Part shown: positions 1-9,146 of the stretch, piece by piece
Layout of the letters: the number at the start of each line of letters is the position of its first letter
Position numbering within the stretch: the first letter of the stretch is position 1
Source of the DNA: Candidatus Magasanikbacteria bacterium CG10_big_fil_rev_8_21_14_0_10_47_10
Lineage (GTDB): Bacteria > Patescibacteriota > Patescibacteriia > Magasanikbacterales > UBA922
Length of the DNA stretch: 38,286 nucleotides
Reading direction: 5' to 3'
NCBI GenBank assembly: GCA_002773135.1
Contig: PFCB01000021.1
Span: 961 to 39,246, forward strand
Notes under the pieces: generated by a model
What the model was told of the DNA's origin: nothing
Database searches by the model: none
Seen by the model: the letters and a program-made list of their open reading frames with translations, nothing else
Position numbers and translations under genes: made by a program

Positions 1-99
1 TTCTTTTGAGTCAATCATTCCCTCTGCCATGACTGCATCATCCCATGCATTGGCACAGCGCTCACCGATGTATCCTTTTCCAATAATGAGAATTTTCAT
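1..99 (-). CDS. NAD(P)-dependent sugar-nucleotide epimerase/reductase, N-terminal part (runs off window)
   Basis: Manual translation from ATG at 99: MKILIIGKGYIGERCANAWDDAVMAEGMIDSKE. Rossmann-type glycine-rich start; directly downstream of rfbB. Confidence 0.7.
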   Translation of the reverse strand, partial: MKILIIGKGYIGERCANAWDDAVMAEGMIDSKE

Positions 100-103
100 A
101 AAA

Positions 104-1123
104 TTAATGTTTCATTGCTAATTGATTTTCATACCATTCATCATAATACGTCTGATAGTCTCCGCTCTTACACCGGGCAACCCATTCCTGATTTGCCTTG
201 TACCATTCCACAGTCTGAAGCAACCCGTCTTCAAAGGTCACTAGCGGCTCCCAACCTAACGTTTCTTTCGCTTTTGCATAATCAATCGCATAGCGCCGGT
301 CATGTCCGGGACGATCCTTTACAAACTCAATAGATGCGTCATCTTTTCCTAGGAGATCAACAAGCTTTTTGGTAAGGTCAATATTTTTTACTTCATTTCC
401 ACCACCCAAACAATACGTTTCGCCCATTGTCCCCTTCTGAAGAATAAGATCCACCCCACGACTGTGGTCATCAACAAATATCCAGTCCCGCACCTGATGA
501 CCGTCACCATACACCGGCACTTTTTTCCCCTCCATCAAATTTGATATAAACAGTGGAATAATTTTTTCCGGAAACATGTACGGGCCGTAATTGTTCGAAC
601 AATTTGAAATTGTTGCTTGAATACCATATGTATTCACATATGCACGTACCAAATGATCTGAAGCGGCCTTTGATGCAGAATACGGACTTTGCGGATCGTA
701 CGCTGTTTTTTCAGTAAATGGCGGATCCTCAGGCTTTAGTGAACCAAATACTTCATCCGTGGAAATATGATGCAGTCTTTTGCCATATTCCTTCACAGCA
801 TCCAATATATGCTGTGTCCCCATAATATTGGTGCGAATGAATATTCCCGGGTCCATAATAGATCGATCCACATGAGTTTCAGCGGCAAAATGAACCACCA
901 CATCAACTTGTTTTACGGCATCAAATACAGCATCACGATCTGTAATATCCCCTTTTACAAACAAATACTTCGGATTATTTTCAATATCTTTCAAATTTTC
1001 CAAATTGCCGGCATATGTAAGGGCATCAAAACAAACGACGTCATCCTGAGGATGCGTCTGTAGCCAATAATGAATGAAATTGGAGCCAATAAACCCGGCC
1101 CCGCCCGTTACAAGTATCTTCAT
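104..1123 (-). CDS. rfbB: dTDP-glucose 4,6-dehydratase
   Basis: GGAGFIG, DALTYAGN, HFAAETHVDRSI, STDEVFG, YSASKA, NNYGP, DRPGHDRRYA motifs. Confidence 0.96.
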   Translation of the reverse strand: MKILVTGGAGFIGSNFIHYWLQTHPQDDVVCFDALTYAGNLENLKDIENNPKYLFVKGDITDRDAVFDAVKQVDVVVHFAAETHVDRSIMDPGIFIRTNIMGTQHILDAVKEYGKRLHHISTDEVFGSLKPEDPPFTEKTAYDPQSPYSASKAASDHLVRAYVNTYGIQATISNCSNNYGPYMFPEKIIPLFISNLMEGKKVPVYGDGHQVRDWIFVDDHSRGVDLILQKGTMGETYCLGGGNEVKNIDLTKKLVDLLGKDDASIEFVKDRPGHDRRYAIDYAKAKETLGWEPLVTFEDGLLQTVEWYKANQEWVARCKSGDYQTYYDEWYENQLAMKH

Positions 1124-1518
1124 AGTACATGGTATGGAAATGTATCTTCCTCATCTCTAATCGGCCTATCGCTAAAAAATATAAGTATAGCCTGATTGTA
1201 TCCAATATTTTTTGTAGCAATAGCCACATGTGGCGGCACATGAATCGCCTGCTTTGCGTATTCCAATTTCATCTCCTTTCGTTGCTTTGTCTTCACATGC
1301 TCAAATGCCGCAAGAATTTCTCCGCCACCGGCATAAAACATTTTTCGTGTTTTTTTGTGAAAATAATTTCCTGTGGTGATGCCGGGATCAATAACGAGCC
1401 GCGACATATACACGTCGCCGATTTTTGCCGTTTCAAGCGTCCGACCCGGCTTGCTTTTATCCGGCTTAAAGTCAAATATATCAATGAATTGTCCTTGGCC
1501 ATGAATCCGCTGGCTCAT
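1120..1518 (-). CDS. Cupin-fold sugar isomerase/epimerase-like protein (WxcM/FdtA-like)
   Basis: Cupin-like GNYFHKKT...IHVPPHVA motifs; ATGA overlap with rfbB. Start taken at ATG 1518 (GTG at 1533 also possible) rather than the track start inside the Nudix gene. Confidence 0.65.
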   Translation of the reverse strand: MSQRIHGQGQFIDIFDFKPDKSKPGRTLETAKIGDVYMSRLVIDPGITTGNYFHKKTRKMFYAGGGEILAAFEHVKTKQRKEMKLEYAKQAIHVPPHVAIATKNIGYNQAILIFFSDRPIRDEEDTFPYHVL

Positions 1519-1529
1519 ATTAGGGTTAT

Positions 1530-2081
1530 TCACCCTCCCATTATTTTTCTTATATGCTGCCCCGCAAGTGCCCATGCCGCCAGGGTTTGACCACACCAGA
1601 GATCATTGTGTTCAATCATTGTATCTATTTCTTCCGGCAATCGATAGAGCACGTCAATTTCTTCCGTATCATCCAACTGCTGCGCTCGCTGTTCTACCAC
1701 GTCACACAAAAAAACATACGTTTTATCCTTTATGCATCCTGCTGATGGTTCAAACGAACCGATGTGGATCCAATTATCTCCCACGCAACCGGTCTCCTCT
1801 AGGAGTTCCACGCGTGCTGCGTCCAATGTTTCAAGACCTTTTTGAATGCCTCCGCACGGAAGCGCGATGCTTTGTTTATCATCCAAATATCTGTATTGTA
1901 GCGTGAGCGCAATGCGACCATCCGGCAAAACCGGGATAATGACAACGGCGCCGGGCGTTTCCAAATAGTAATAATCGCCCTCTGCCCCATCCGGACGCTC
2001 ATATCTGTCTTGTTTGTAGCAGGTCCATGGATTTTCATGAATCGTCTGTTCAGACAATTTTTTTAATCGCTTCAATTTCAT
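1530..2081 (-). CDS. Nudix hydrolase (ADP-ribose pyrophosphatase-like)
   Basis: GAVVIIP, QYRY and a slightly degenerate Nudix box GGIQKGLETLDAARVELLEETG. Confidence 0.85.
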   Translation of the reverse strand: MKLKRLKKLSEQTIHENPWTCYKQDRYERPDGAEGDYYYLETPGAVVIIPVLPDGRIALTLQYRYLDDKQSIALPCGGIQKGLETLDAARVELLEETGCVGDNWIHIGSFEPSAGCIKDKTYVFLCDVVEQRAQQLDDTEEIDVLYRLPEEIDTMIEHNDLWCGQTLAAWALAGQHIRKIMGG

Positions 2082-2494
2082 ACGGCATGATCGCCAAACA
2101 TCTTTGCAATCTGCTCCGGTATCATGGCCCCGGGGTTATCAATAATGGAATGAATATTACCGCCGCCATCATTTTCCCATCGAGGCAGAATATGCACATG
2201 GATATGTGGGACAAGCTGGCCGCCCGCGCTCCCATGGTTCCACCCCACAGTATACCCATCCGGATGAAGCACGCGATCCAGGCGCTCCTGCGTTCTTTTT
2301 ACGACACGAAAGAAATCACCAAGAAGTTCGTCATCAAAATCCAATACTGTTTCGGCGTGTACCTTGGGAATCACAACCGTATGCCCCTTTGCGCGGGGGT
2401 GGATATCCAAAAAAGCCAAACCATGGGTATCCTCGAACACCGTATAGTTGGGGATTTCTTTGGATACGATGCGGCAAAAAATGCAGTCTTTCAT
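2078..2494 (-). CDS. HIT family nucleotide hydrolase
   Basis: DCIFC, AFLDIHP, GHTVVIPK and HIHVHIL histidine triad; ATGA overlap with the Nudix gene. Confidence 0.93.
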   Translation of the reverse strand: MKDCIFCRIVSKEIPNYTVFEDTHGLAFLDIHPRAKGHTVVIPKVHAETVLDFDDELLGDFFRVVKRTQERLDRVLHPDGYTVGWNHGSAGGQLVPHIHVHILPRWENDGGGNIHSIIDNPGAMIPEQIAKMFGDHAV

Positions 2495-2508
2495 AGCGGT
2501 AGAGTACC

Positions 2509-4779
2509 TTATTCATCTGAATTTTTCAACCCAAAGTGGACTATACTCAGGCCATCTCTCTCCACATATCCTGATCCGGATAATTGTGCTATGTTTAGCC
2601 TTTTTTCCTCTTCCAAATCCGATGAAAGGACAACATAACACTGATCAATCCCTGTCAGTTTAAATGCCCGGTTGAGCGCATCCTCTGAAGGTTTTTCTAA
2701 AAAAGACCGGTATATCTGCACCCGTTCAGGCTGCCCAAATTGATAATCAATGGGAAATCCCCCGCCAACAATGCTGCCGCTGGACGCAGTTTCCAGAGCC
2801 AACAGCACCCATGTATCGGCAAGAACACATTGCGCATCTCCTTGCTCCCACAAATACGCTGCCGCTGAAACTTCCGCGTCAGAAATAACGCGCATGTCAG
2901 GGCCAGACGCGTACACGCTGGTTCCGAACCAACTGAGCAGCAGCACAACCAAAAGCGCTATCCCACGTTTCTGCTGTATTTTCATTTCTCCAATCCGCTC
3001 CACAATTGGCATTCGAGCAATGGCGTACAATACAAAGCTCATCATGAAAAACGCCATCAAGCTATCTAAGCGTCTGATAAAGGATCTGTCACCCACCAAA
3101 ACAAACCAGCCAATAACATAACCGCTGAACACAGATACCGCTAACAAACCCATGAGCTGCCATTCAACTCTTTTTTCCCTACATGTAACGTACATGAGAC
3201 CGATACAAATGCACAACAGTGCCAGAACCGTAAGAAAAAATACATGCCAACGAAAATTTGTAAATACGGATGAAACAAACGCGTAACCGGGGGTATGATT
3301 GAAAAATACATTAAAAATAATGCTATCCTGCGGCAGAACCGAACGAGCAAAAAACCACCCGGTCGAAGCTCCCACAAGATGCTTGCCCTGTTCATACCAC
3401 GCCACAGACTGCGGTAATCTGCTCATACGCGTGACAATTTCCAACAGCGGAAAAAAACCGGTGGCCAGAATAACCGCAATACTTCCAAAAATCCATTTCC
3501 AGGCTGTCACTTCTTTCCTTTGCGCCACTGACCGAAATATTTTTTTTGTTTTGATAAGAAAAAATGCAGTGGCCATGGCCACAAATAAAAAAATAGCATG
3601 AAGTGTGTAAGAAAAAATCATTAAGACGGCAATAGTGACAAGTAGCCAAAGCTGCTGCCGAGATCTATCTCTCATATAGTACAATAGCAGCATGAAGGCA
3701 TATAAAAACATCAAAGTCCCCAGACTCACACCCAACGTCAATCCCCCAAGCGCCTGAAAGGTAAAAGGGAGCAATGACAAAGCGCTAAACCAAACGCTAT
3801 AGCGCCCATGTCCAAAAAGAAGTCTGCCAATGCGATACAATACCAGTGGCAGCATCAAGGACCAAAGGATGGGAATAAGCCAACTATTGATAGATGGTAT
3901 GGTAACCCGGAGCGTTTGGGCAAGCAAAACACTTCCACCCCACAGTTGCCCATAAACATACTTGTTGGAAATAAGGAATGCCTCCGGAACGGACCACCCA
4001 AAGATCTCTCTGCGGACAACGGCAGGCCCAAACAACACAGGCAGCACCGGATCACCCTGCACGAGCGTCTGTTCGACAGCCATCGTTCTCCATACATCTC
4101 CACCCCAGGGCTGATGATGCGACAATGGCAGGTACGCGTGCTGCAGCAGTGACTGCATGATGATAATGACGAGCAATGTTGTCGTGGTGTACTTGGATAC
4201 CAGCATCAGGCCAACAAGGACCAGCGTCGCGAAGTATATGAATAAATACTCCACGGGAATGGCTGACCATGGAGTTAGCAGCACGGCTGATGACGATGAC
4301 GAGACGAGCATAAGTATTCCCCCAAGCCAGAGCCCGCCATACGCGAGAAGAACAACCTTTGGCAGTGAAATGCACGTTTTTCGGCTCAAATGAATACGAT
4401 CGTCCGTCTTTTTTATGGATACCTTTTTGCTGATGACACATGACAACGTTGCACTAAAAACCGCAATCACTCCATATACTGCCGCTGTCACGTGTGGTGG
4501 GGTTATGTACCATACGGCCATCACGCCCTCTGCAAGCGACAAAAATAAAAAAACGCTCACCCATGCCAGTACTGTGGCAACTAACGATTGTCTTTTTAAG
4601 CCAAAACCGCGATGCAATATGTGCTGCCAAAACCTTCCCACAACCAACACATACGCGCCAAAGAGAGCCCACCCGACCGCAGAAACCTGCGCCGCGGTCA
4701 ACTGCCAAAAAAGCCCTGCCACAATAAGCAGAGCAAAACATACATGTGAAGCAAGCCGCGTCTGAACTGAAAGCCGCAT
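2509..4779 (-). CDS. Large polytopic membrane protein, possibly a GT-C-type glycosyltransferase
   Basis: 756 aa with many hydrophobic helices, a loop containing GGDVWR and a soluble C-terminal domain. Function is inference. Confidence 0.6.
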   Translation of the reverse strand: MRLSVQTRLASHVCFALLIVAGLFWQLTAAQVSAVGWALFGAYVLVVGRFWQHILHRGFGLKRQSLVATVLAWVSVFLFLSLAEGVMAVWYITPPHVTAAVYGVIAVFSATLSCVISKKVSIKKTDDRIHLSRKTCISLPKVVLLAYGGLWLGGILMLVSSSSSAVLLTPWSAIPVEYLFIYFATLVLVGLMLVSKYTTTTLLVIIIMQSLLQHAYLPLSHHQPWGGDVWRTMAVEQTLVQGDPVLPVLFGPAVVRREIFGWSVPEAFLISNKYVYGQLWGGSVLLAQTLRVTIPSINSWLIPILWSLMLPLVLYRIGRLLFGHGRYSVWFSALSLLPFTFQALGGLTLGVSLGTLMFLYAFMLLLYYMRDRSRQQLWLLVTIAVLMIFSYTLHAIFLFVAMATAFFLIKTKKIFRSVAQRKEVTAWKWIFGSIAVILATGFFPLLEIVTRMSRLPQSVAWYEQGKHLVGASTGWFFARSVLPQDSIIFNVFFNHTPGYAFVSSVFTNFRWHVFFLTVLALLCICIGLMYVTCREKRVEWQLMGLLAVSVFSGYVIGWFVLVGDRSFIRRLDSLMAFFMMSFVLYAIARMPIVERIGEMKIQQKRGIALLVVLLLSWFGTSVYASGPDMRVISDAEVSAAAYLWEQGDAQCVLADTWVLLALETASSGSIVGGGFPIDYQFGQPERVQIYRSFLEKPSEDALNRAFKLTGIDQCYVVLSSDLEEEKRLNIAQLSGSGYVERDGLSIVHFGLKNSDE

Positions 4780-4780
4780 A

Positions 4781-5404
4781 CTATAATCCGTGTGAAAACA
4801 AACTCATGATGGCAAATCCTATGGCCAAACCGAATGCCCAAGCCGCGTATGTCATCAACGCCGGCGACTGAATAACAAGAGCCAAAAGGGTAATGAACAC
4901 AGCCAACACCTGCAGAATCATTTTTATTTTGCCCCAACGGTTTGCCGCGCGAATCGTGTTGAACCGTATTTTTGCGATCATCGCAGTCAAAATAAATATG
5001 ATCTCAATCCCCAGGACAGCAATACCAAGTAAGATGTGAAAATTTTGCAAAACGACAAGAAGGACAACACTCCCGACCAACAATTTATCCGCGAGGGGGT
5101 CAATGATCATCCCGAATTTTGTGATCTTATTACGAGTCCGTGCCAATGATCCATCCAGAGCATCGGTAAAGGCGGCAAACAAGAACAATACGATCCCCGG
5201 AATATAGGCACCAACAGAAATGATGTATACCACAAACGGGGTTAAAAAAAACCGGAGGCCGGTTACTTGATTGGGCGTGACACGTTTTGAAATATATTGA
5301 ATAAAAAATTTATCCAAAAACTTATCGTGCGGAAATACATGCTCCGCACGCTGAAAGCGAAACAAATCAGGATGTTTCTGAACAAAGTCAGTGGTTATTT
5401 TCAT
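4781..5404 (-). CDS. pgsA: CDP-alcohol phosphatidyltransferase (PgsA-like)
   Basis: TPNQVT, DALDGSLAR...G..IDPLADK signature, GKIKM. Confidence 0.85.
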   Translation of the reverse strand: MKITTDFVQKHPDLFRFQRAEHVFPHDKFLDKFFIQYISKRVTPNQVTGLRFFLTPFVVYIISVGAYIPGIVLFLFAAFTDALDGSLARTRNKITKFGMIIDPLADKLLVGSVVLLVVLQNFHILLGIAVLGIEIIFILTAMIAKIRFNTIRAANRWGKIKMILQVLAVFITLLALVIQSPALMTYAAWAFGLAIGFAIMSLFSHGL

Positions 5405-5446
5405 ATCTTTACATACTATACCCTATATCGGCGAGACAATTCAAGG

Positions 5447-5474
5447 AAAAAAAATCCGCCAACGGCGGATTTTT
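5447..5474 (-). terminator. Rho-independent terminator of the ribosomal protein operon
   Basis: AAAAATCCGCC-AAC-GGCGGATTTTT hairpin followed by T8 on the minus strand, just after the rpsI stop. Confidence 0.85.
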
Positions 5475-5479
5475 GATAG

Positions 5480-5881
5480 TTATCGTTTTCTCCACTGGTG
5501 CGCTCTGCGAGCTCTGTGCAGACCGAATTTTTTTCTTTCTCGCGCGCGAGAGTCACGAGTTAAAAATCCTTCAGCTTTTAATATAGGCTTGAGGGCTTCA
5601 TCCCACGCGACTAACGCACGGGCAATACCATGTCGAACCGCTTCCGCTTGTGCGTTTGGTCCACCACCAAGCACTTTGACAGACACGTCCATATCTTTTT
5701 CACGTGACACTTTCTGGAGTGGAGCAAGAACCTTTTCAGACCAGAAAACGATCGGAAAATACTGTGTCAGTTCCTTTCCATTGATGGTAATAGTGCCGGA
5801 CCCCGGCTGAATGCGGACGCGTGCTGCTGCTGTTTTTCTTCGACCAACAGCTCGCGCTGAATTGTTATCAGATGTAGCCAT
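5480..5881 (-). CDS. rpsI: 30S ribosomal protein S9
   Basis: GRRKTA.ARV, GGG...QAEAVRHGIARAL, LTRDSR..ERKKFG, QWRKR. Confidence 0.97.
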   Translation of the reverse strand: MATSDNNSARAVGRRKTAAARVRIQPGSGTITINGKELTQYFPIVFWSEKVLAPLQKVSREKDMDVSVKVLGGGPNAQAEAVRHGIARALVAWDEALKPILKAEGFLTRDSRARERKKFGLHRARRAHQWRKR

Positions 5882-5888
5882 ACATGTC

Positions 5889-6248
5889 TTACGCTGTTAC
5901 GTCTAGTCTCTTAAACATGGTATCCCGCAGTTTATTCTTTGGCAGCATGCCGTACACAGCACGCTTTATCACTTCAGCAGGATCTTTTTCAAATACTTTC
6001 TTCATTGGTGTCCGTCTAATACCACCCGGATACATTGTATGGTGATAATAATCCTTTTGCACCAATTTCTTTCCGGTAAATTTGACTTTTGACGCATTTA
6101 CGACTCGAACACAGTCGCCGCCGTCAATGTGCGGAGTAAATGATGGCTTGTTTTTCCCACGCAAAATCATGGCCACTTCCGCGGCAACGCGCCCGGGGGC
6201 TCTATCCGTCGCATCGATTTCAATTGTTGAACGCTGAATAGTTGTCAT
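5889..6248 (-). CDS. rplM: 50S ribosomal protein L13 (short, 119 aa)
   Basis: IDA...GR.A..A..LRGKNKPSFTPHIDGGD, YYHHTMYPGG, AVYGMLPKN. Start at ATG 6248, just after the rplQ stop. Confidence 0.95.
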   Translation of the reverse strand: MTTIQRSTIEIDATDRAPGRVAAEVAMILRGKNKPSFTPHIDGGDCVRVVNASKVKFTGKKLVQKDYYHHTMYPGGIRRTPMKKVFEKDPAEVIKRAVYGMLPKNKLRDTMFKRLDVTA

Positions 6249-6249
6249 A

Positions 6250-6600
6250 TTATACAAATTCAATGCGTGCCATATCCGCCCCGTCATTCGGACGTGTCCC
6301 TATTTTTGTGATACGAGTGTATCCCCCGTTTCTTTGTGTATATTTTGGTCCAATTTCATCCAACATTTTTTTTACGGCTTCTCTGGTATACAACACGCTG
6401 GCAATTCGCTGTCGGTTAAACATGCCTCCCTTGCGGGCACGTGTTACCAACGGCTCTACCACGGTGCGAAGCGCCTTTGCTTTTGCTGTCGTGGTTTTAA
6501 TTGAACCGTGCAGCACCAAATTCGTCGCCAGTCCACGCAGCAATGCCTTCTTCTGCGCCGTTTCCCTACCAAATGTAAATTTTCTTTTTTTATGTCGCAT
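6250..6600 (-). CDS. rplQ: 50S ribosomal protein L17
   Basis: MRHK, IKTTTAKAK, RNGGYTRI, R..DGADMA.IEFV. Confidence 0.97.
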   Translation of the reverse strand: MRHKKRKFTFGRETAQKKALLRGLATNLVLHGSIKTTTAKAKALRTVVEPLVTRARKGGMFNRQRIASVLYTREAVKKMLDEIGPKYTQRNGGYTRITKIGTRPNDGADMARIEFV

Positions 6601-6623
6601 ATGTTTGTTTTTTCCGCCACGTT

Positions 6624-7397
6624 TTATGAAGCAACGTCGGTCATCTCTTCTTCCTCTGCCACTTCATCATTTGTCTCATCTGCTTTGTCCTCGGACATAT
6701 CGTTTTGTTCATGCATGTCCAAAATAACAGCAAAATGATCCATCAAAATTCTCGTCGCCTGCTCTACTGACTCTTTTGGCGTCATAGTACCATTTGTCTC
6801 AATTGTCATGACCAATTTTTCATAGTCTGTTACGTCTCCAACGCGCGTGTTCTCTACTTTGTAACCAACATCGCGAATAGGGGTATACAGAGAGTCGATC
6901 ATGATTGTTCCCAAATCCAAATCTTTTGTTTCTTTTTCTGATACGGAAACATATCCACGTCCCTTTCCGATCATCACATCCATCTCAATATTCGTACCAG
7001 CATCCGTGACGGTGCACAGCGTTAAATCCGGGTTGACTATCTCAACATCGGAATTTTTTTCAAAATCCGCTGCTGTTATAAGGCCCTTCCCCTTCTTTTT
7101 AATATGCAGTGTAACAGGAGCATCAACGTGCGAAATAACAGCCAACTGTTTCAAATTCAAAATAATTTGTACCATATCTTCGCTCACACCCTCCACCGCG
7201 CTAAATTCATGCTGCACGCCGTTAATACGGACCGATTCAACCGCAGCCCCGGGCAATGAAGACAACAGTACTCGACGCAATGCGTTCCCCAACGTTGTTC
7301 CATACCCCTGCTGACACGGTGACAAAATTAACCTCCCAACATTGGGTTTGTCTGTGGTCTCAAAGGTGATGGCATCGGGGAGCAAAATGTGTTCCAT
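6624..7397 (-). CDS. rpoA: RNA polymerase subunit alpha (N-terminal domain plus acidic tail only)
   Basis: GYGTTLGNALRRVLLSSLPG, HEFS..GV.ED, GRGY, DSLYTP, VENTRVG, ETNG. 257 aa. Confidence 0.96.
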   Translation of the reverse strand: MEHILLPDAITFETTDKPNVGRLILSPCQQGYGTTLGNALRRVLLSSLPGAAVESVRINGVQHEFSAVEGVSEDMVQIILNLKQLAVISHVDAPVTLHIKKKGKGLITAADFEKNSDVEIVNPDLTLCTVTDAGTNIEMDVMIGKGRGYVSVSEKETKDLDLGTIMIDSLYTPIRDVGYKVENTRVGDVTDYEKLVMTIETNGTMTPKESVEQATRILMDHFAVILDMHEQNDMSEDKADETNDEVAEEEEMTDVAS

Positions 7398-7426
7398 AAA
7401 TATGGTTTAATAAATGACAGGCTCGA

Positions 7427-8050
7427 TTACCGGGTCGCGTAGTACTCAATAATCAATTTGACATCGAAAATATTATCAAAATCTTCTTCTTTTGGAAGAT
7501 GCAATACTTTTCCCTCGATCTTTCCGGTGTCCAAAGACAACCACGACGGAAGATTCGCGCTTGCAAGCCGCTCGCTGATTCCTTCAAAAAGAATTTTTTT
7601 CTTTTTACTATCTTTTAGAGATATCACATCATTTGTTTTCACCAAATGTGATGGGATGTTCAACTTCTTACCATTTACCGCAAACATGTTATGGCTTACC
7701 ATTTGTCGTGCCTGGGCTCTTGTCGTGGCAAAACCAAGGCGGTATACAACATTATCCAAGCGACGCTCTAACAGCTGCTTCAAATTGTATCCTGAATCAC
7801 CTGTCAGCCGTTCCGCTTCTGTTACAAAACGGACAAATTGCGCTTCACGCATGCCATAAATATACTTGGCTTTTTGTTTTTCAGTTAACTGCTTTCCAAA
7901 TGTTGATTGTGAACCGCGACGTTTCTTCTGACCATGCGCACCAGGTGGTTGACTTAAGCGTCGCGCGACTTTTGCCGCATTTGTTTTCAAACCCAAATTC
8001 ACACCAAATCGGCGTGCAATCTTATTTTTTGGTCCAATATTTCGTCCCAT
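7427..8050 (-). CDS. rpsD: 30S ribosomal protein S4
   Basis: PPGAHG, QLTEKQK, LERRLDNVVYRLGFA.TR.QARQ, IIEYY. Confidence 0.97.
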   Translation of the reverse strand: MGRNIGPKNKIARRFGVNLGLKTNAAKVARRLSQPPGAHGQKKRRGSQSTFGKQLTEKQKAKYIYGMREAQFVRFVTEAERLTGDSGYNLKQLLERRLDNVVYRLGFATTRAQARQMVSHNMFAVNGKKLNIPSHLVKTNDVISLKDSKKKKILFEGISERLASANLPSWLSLDTGKIEGKVLHLPKEEDFDNIFDVKLIIEYYATR

Positions 8051-8124
8051 AGTTTATGCTTGATCGTTCATAGTCCTTCGTCCACCGGATTCCATAACCC
8101 GAGGAACAATGAACTATGAACCAT
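8048..8124. repeat. Inverted heptamer-repeat (GAACTAT-type) hairpin between rpsK and rpsD
   Basis: GAACAAT GAACTAT GAACCAT (8104-8124) opposite complementary units CATAGTT...GATCGTT CATAGTC (8048-8075). Confidence 0.7.
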
Positions 8125-8128
8125 GAGA

Positions 8129-8521
8129 TTATACGCGTCGTCTCTTTGGCGGACGACATCCGTTATGTGGAATAGGTGTGACGTCTTTCACTGAAAGTAC
8201 TTGCAGTCCGTTTCCGTTCAATGACCGGATAGCCGACTCGCGACCGCCGCCGATTCCTCGAACAAATACATTCACTTCTTTCAAACCGGTTGCTGCGACA
8301 CTTTCAACCGCCCGTTTTACCACTTGTGACGCGGCATATGGCGTTGCTTTTTTTGGCCCCTTAAACCCAACCATGCCGGCGCTTGCCCAGCCAAGGACAT
8401 CACCATTTTGGTCAGTAAGAGTCACCAGGGTGTTATTAAATGTGGCCTGAATATAGGCACGCCCCGTGCTGACCTGCTTAATTACTTTCTTTTTTTTACG
8501 AATTGTTTTCGTTTTAGCCAT
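8129..8521 (-). CDS. rpsK: 30S ribosomal protein S11
   Basis: [40 protein letters not shown]. Start at ATG 8521. Confidence 0.97.
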   Translation of the reverse strand: MAKTKTIRKKKKVIKQVSTGRAYIQATFNNTLVTLTDQNGDVLGWASAGMVGFKGPKKATPYAASQVVKRAVESVAATGLKEVNVFVRGIGGGRESAIRSLNGNGLQVLSVKDVTPIPHNGCRPPKRRRV

Positions 8522-8531
8522 AATCAATCAA

Positions 8532-8918
8532 CTATGTCTTTTGTGCAGCCGGTTTTTTGCCGCTTGTCGCGACATTTCGCTTGTTTCCCCGCATTGTTCT
8601 GGAATTCGTCTTCGTACGCTGCCCGCGAACCGGCAACTTTTTCATATGACGAAGACCGCGATATGATTTAATATCCTTTAAGCGCTTTATATTGGCGCCA
8701 ACTTCGCGACGCAGGTCACCCTCCGTATTGTGGTTTTGCTCAATAATAGCACGGATGGCATCCTCTTGCTCTTGTGTTAAGTCCTTCACTCGCACCGATT
8801 CGTCGATATTTGCCGTTTTTAGGATGGCGGCGGCAGAAGTTTGCCCAATGCCGTAAATATATGTGAGTGCGGTGCCAACACATTTTTGCTTTGGAATTGT
8901 TACTCCTGATACACGCAT
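8532..8918 (-). CDS. rpsM: 30S ribosomal protein S13
   Basis: ALTYIYGIG, EGDLRR, YRGLRH, LPVRGQRTKTN. Start at ATG 8918 (MRVSGV). Confidence 0.97.
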   Translation of the reverse strand: MRVSGVTIPKQKCVGTALTYIYGIGQTSAAAILKTANIDESVRVKDLTQEQEDAIRAIIEQNHNTEGDLRREVGANIKRLKDIKSYRGLRHMKKLPVRGQRTKTNSRTMRGNKRNVATSGKKPAAQKT

Positions 8919-8925
8919 ATTTCTT

Positions 8926-8998
8926 GATTCATAGTTCATGATTCAGCGTTCACACTTCTCCGGATCGCGGAAACTATGAACGATGAACTATGAACGAT
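8926..8998. repeat. Inverted heptamer-repeat (GAACTAT/GAACGAT) hairpin between rpmJ and rpsM
   Basis: AAACTAT GAACGAT GAACTAT GAACGAT (8971-8998); 12-bp perfect pairing TTCATAGTTCAT (8928-8939) with ATGAACTATGAA (8983-8994). Confidence 0.75.
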
Positions 8999-9135
8999 TA
9001 AGCTGATTTCTTTCGCTGCTTGCTCCCCTGTCGCTGTTTATGACGAGGGTTTTTACAAAATATATAAAATGCGCCTTGGCGGCGAACCATTTTACAATCT
9101 TTACATCTTTTTTTTATTGATGACTGTACATGCAT
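8998..9135 (-). CDS. rpmJ: 50S ribosomal protein L36 (not in the ORF track)
   Basis: Manual translation: [45 protein letters not shown]. CxxC...C...H zinc ribbon and HKQRQG; canonical position between infA and rpsM. Confidence 0.95.
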   Translation of the reverse strand: MHVQSSIKKRCKDCKMVRRQGAFYIFCKNPRHKQRQGSKQRKKSA

Positions 9136-9146
9136 ACTGATATCTC

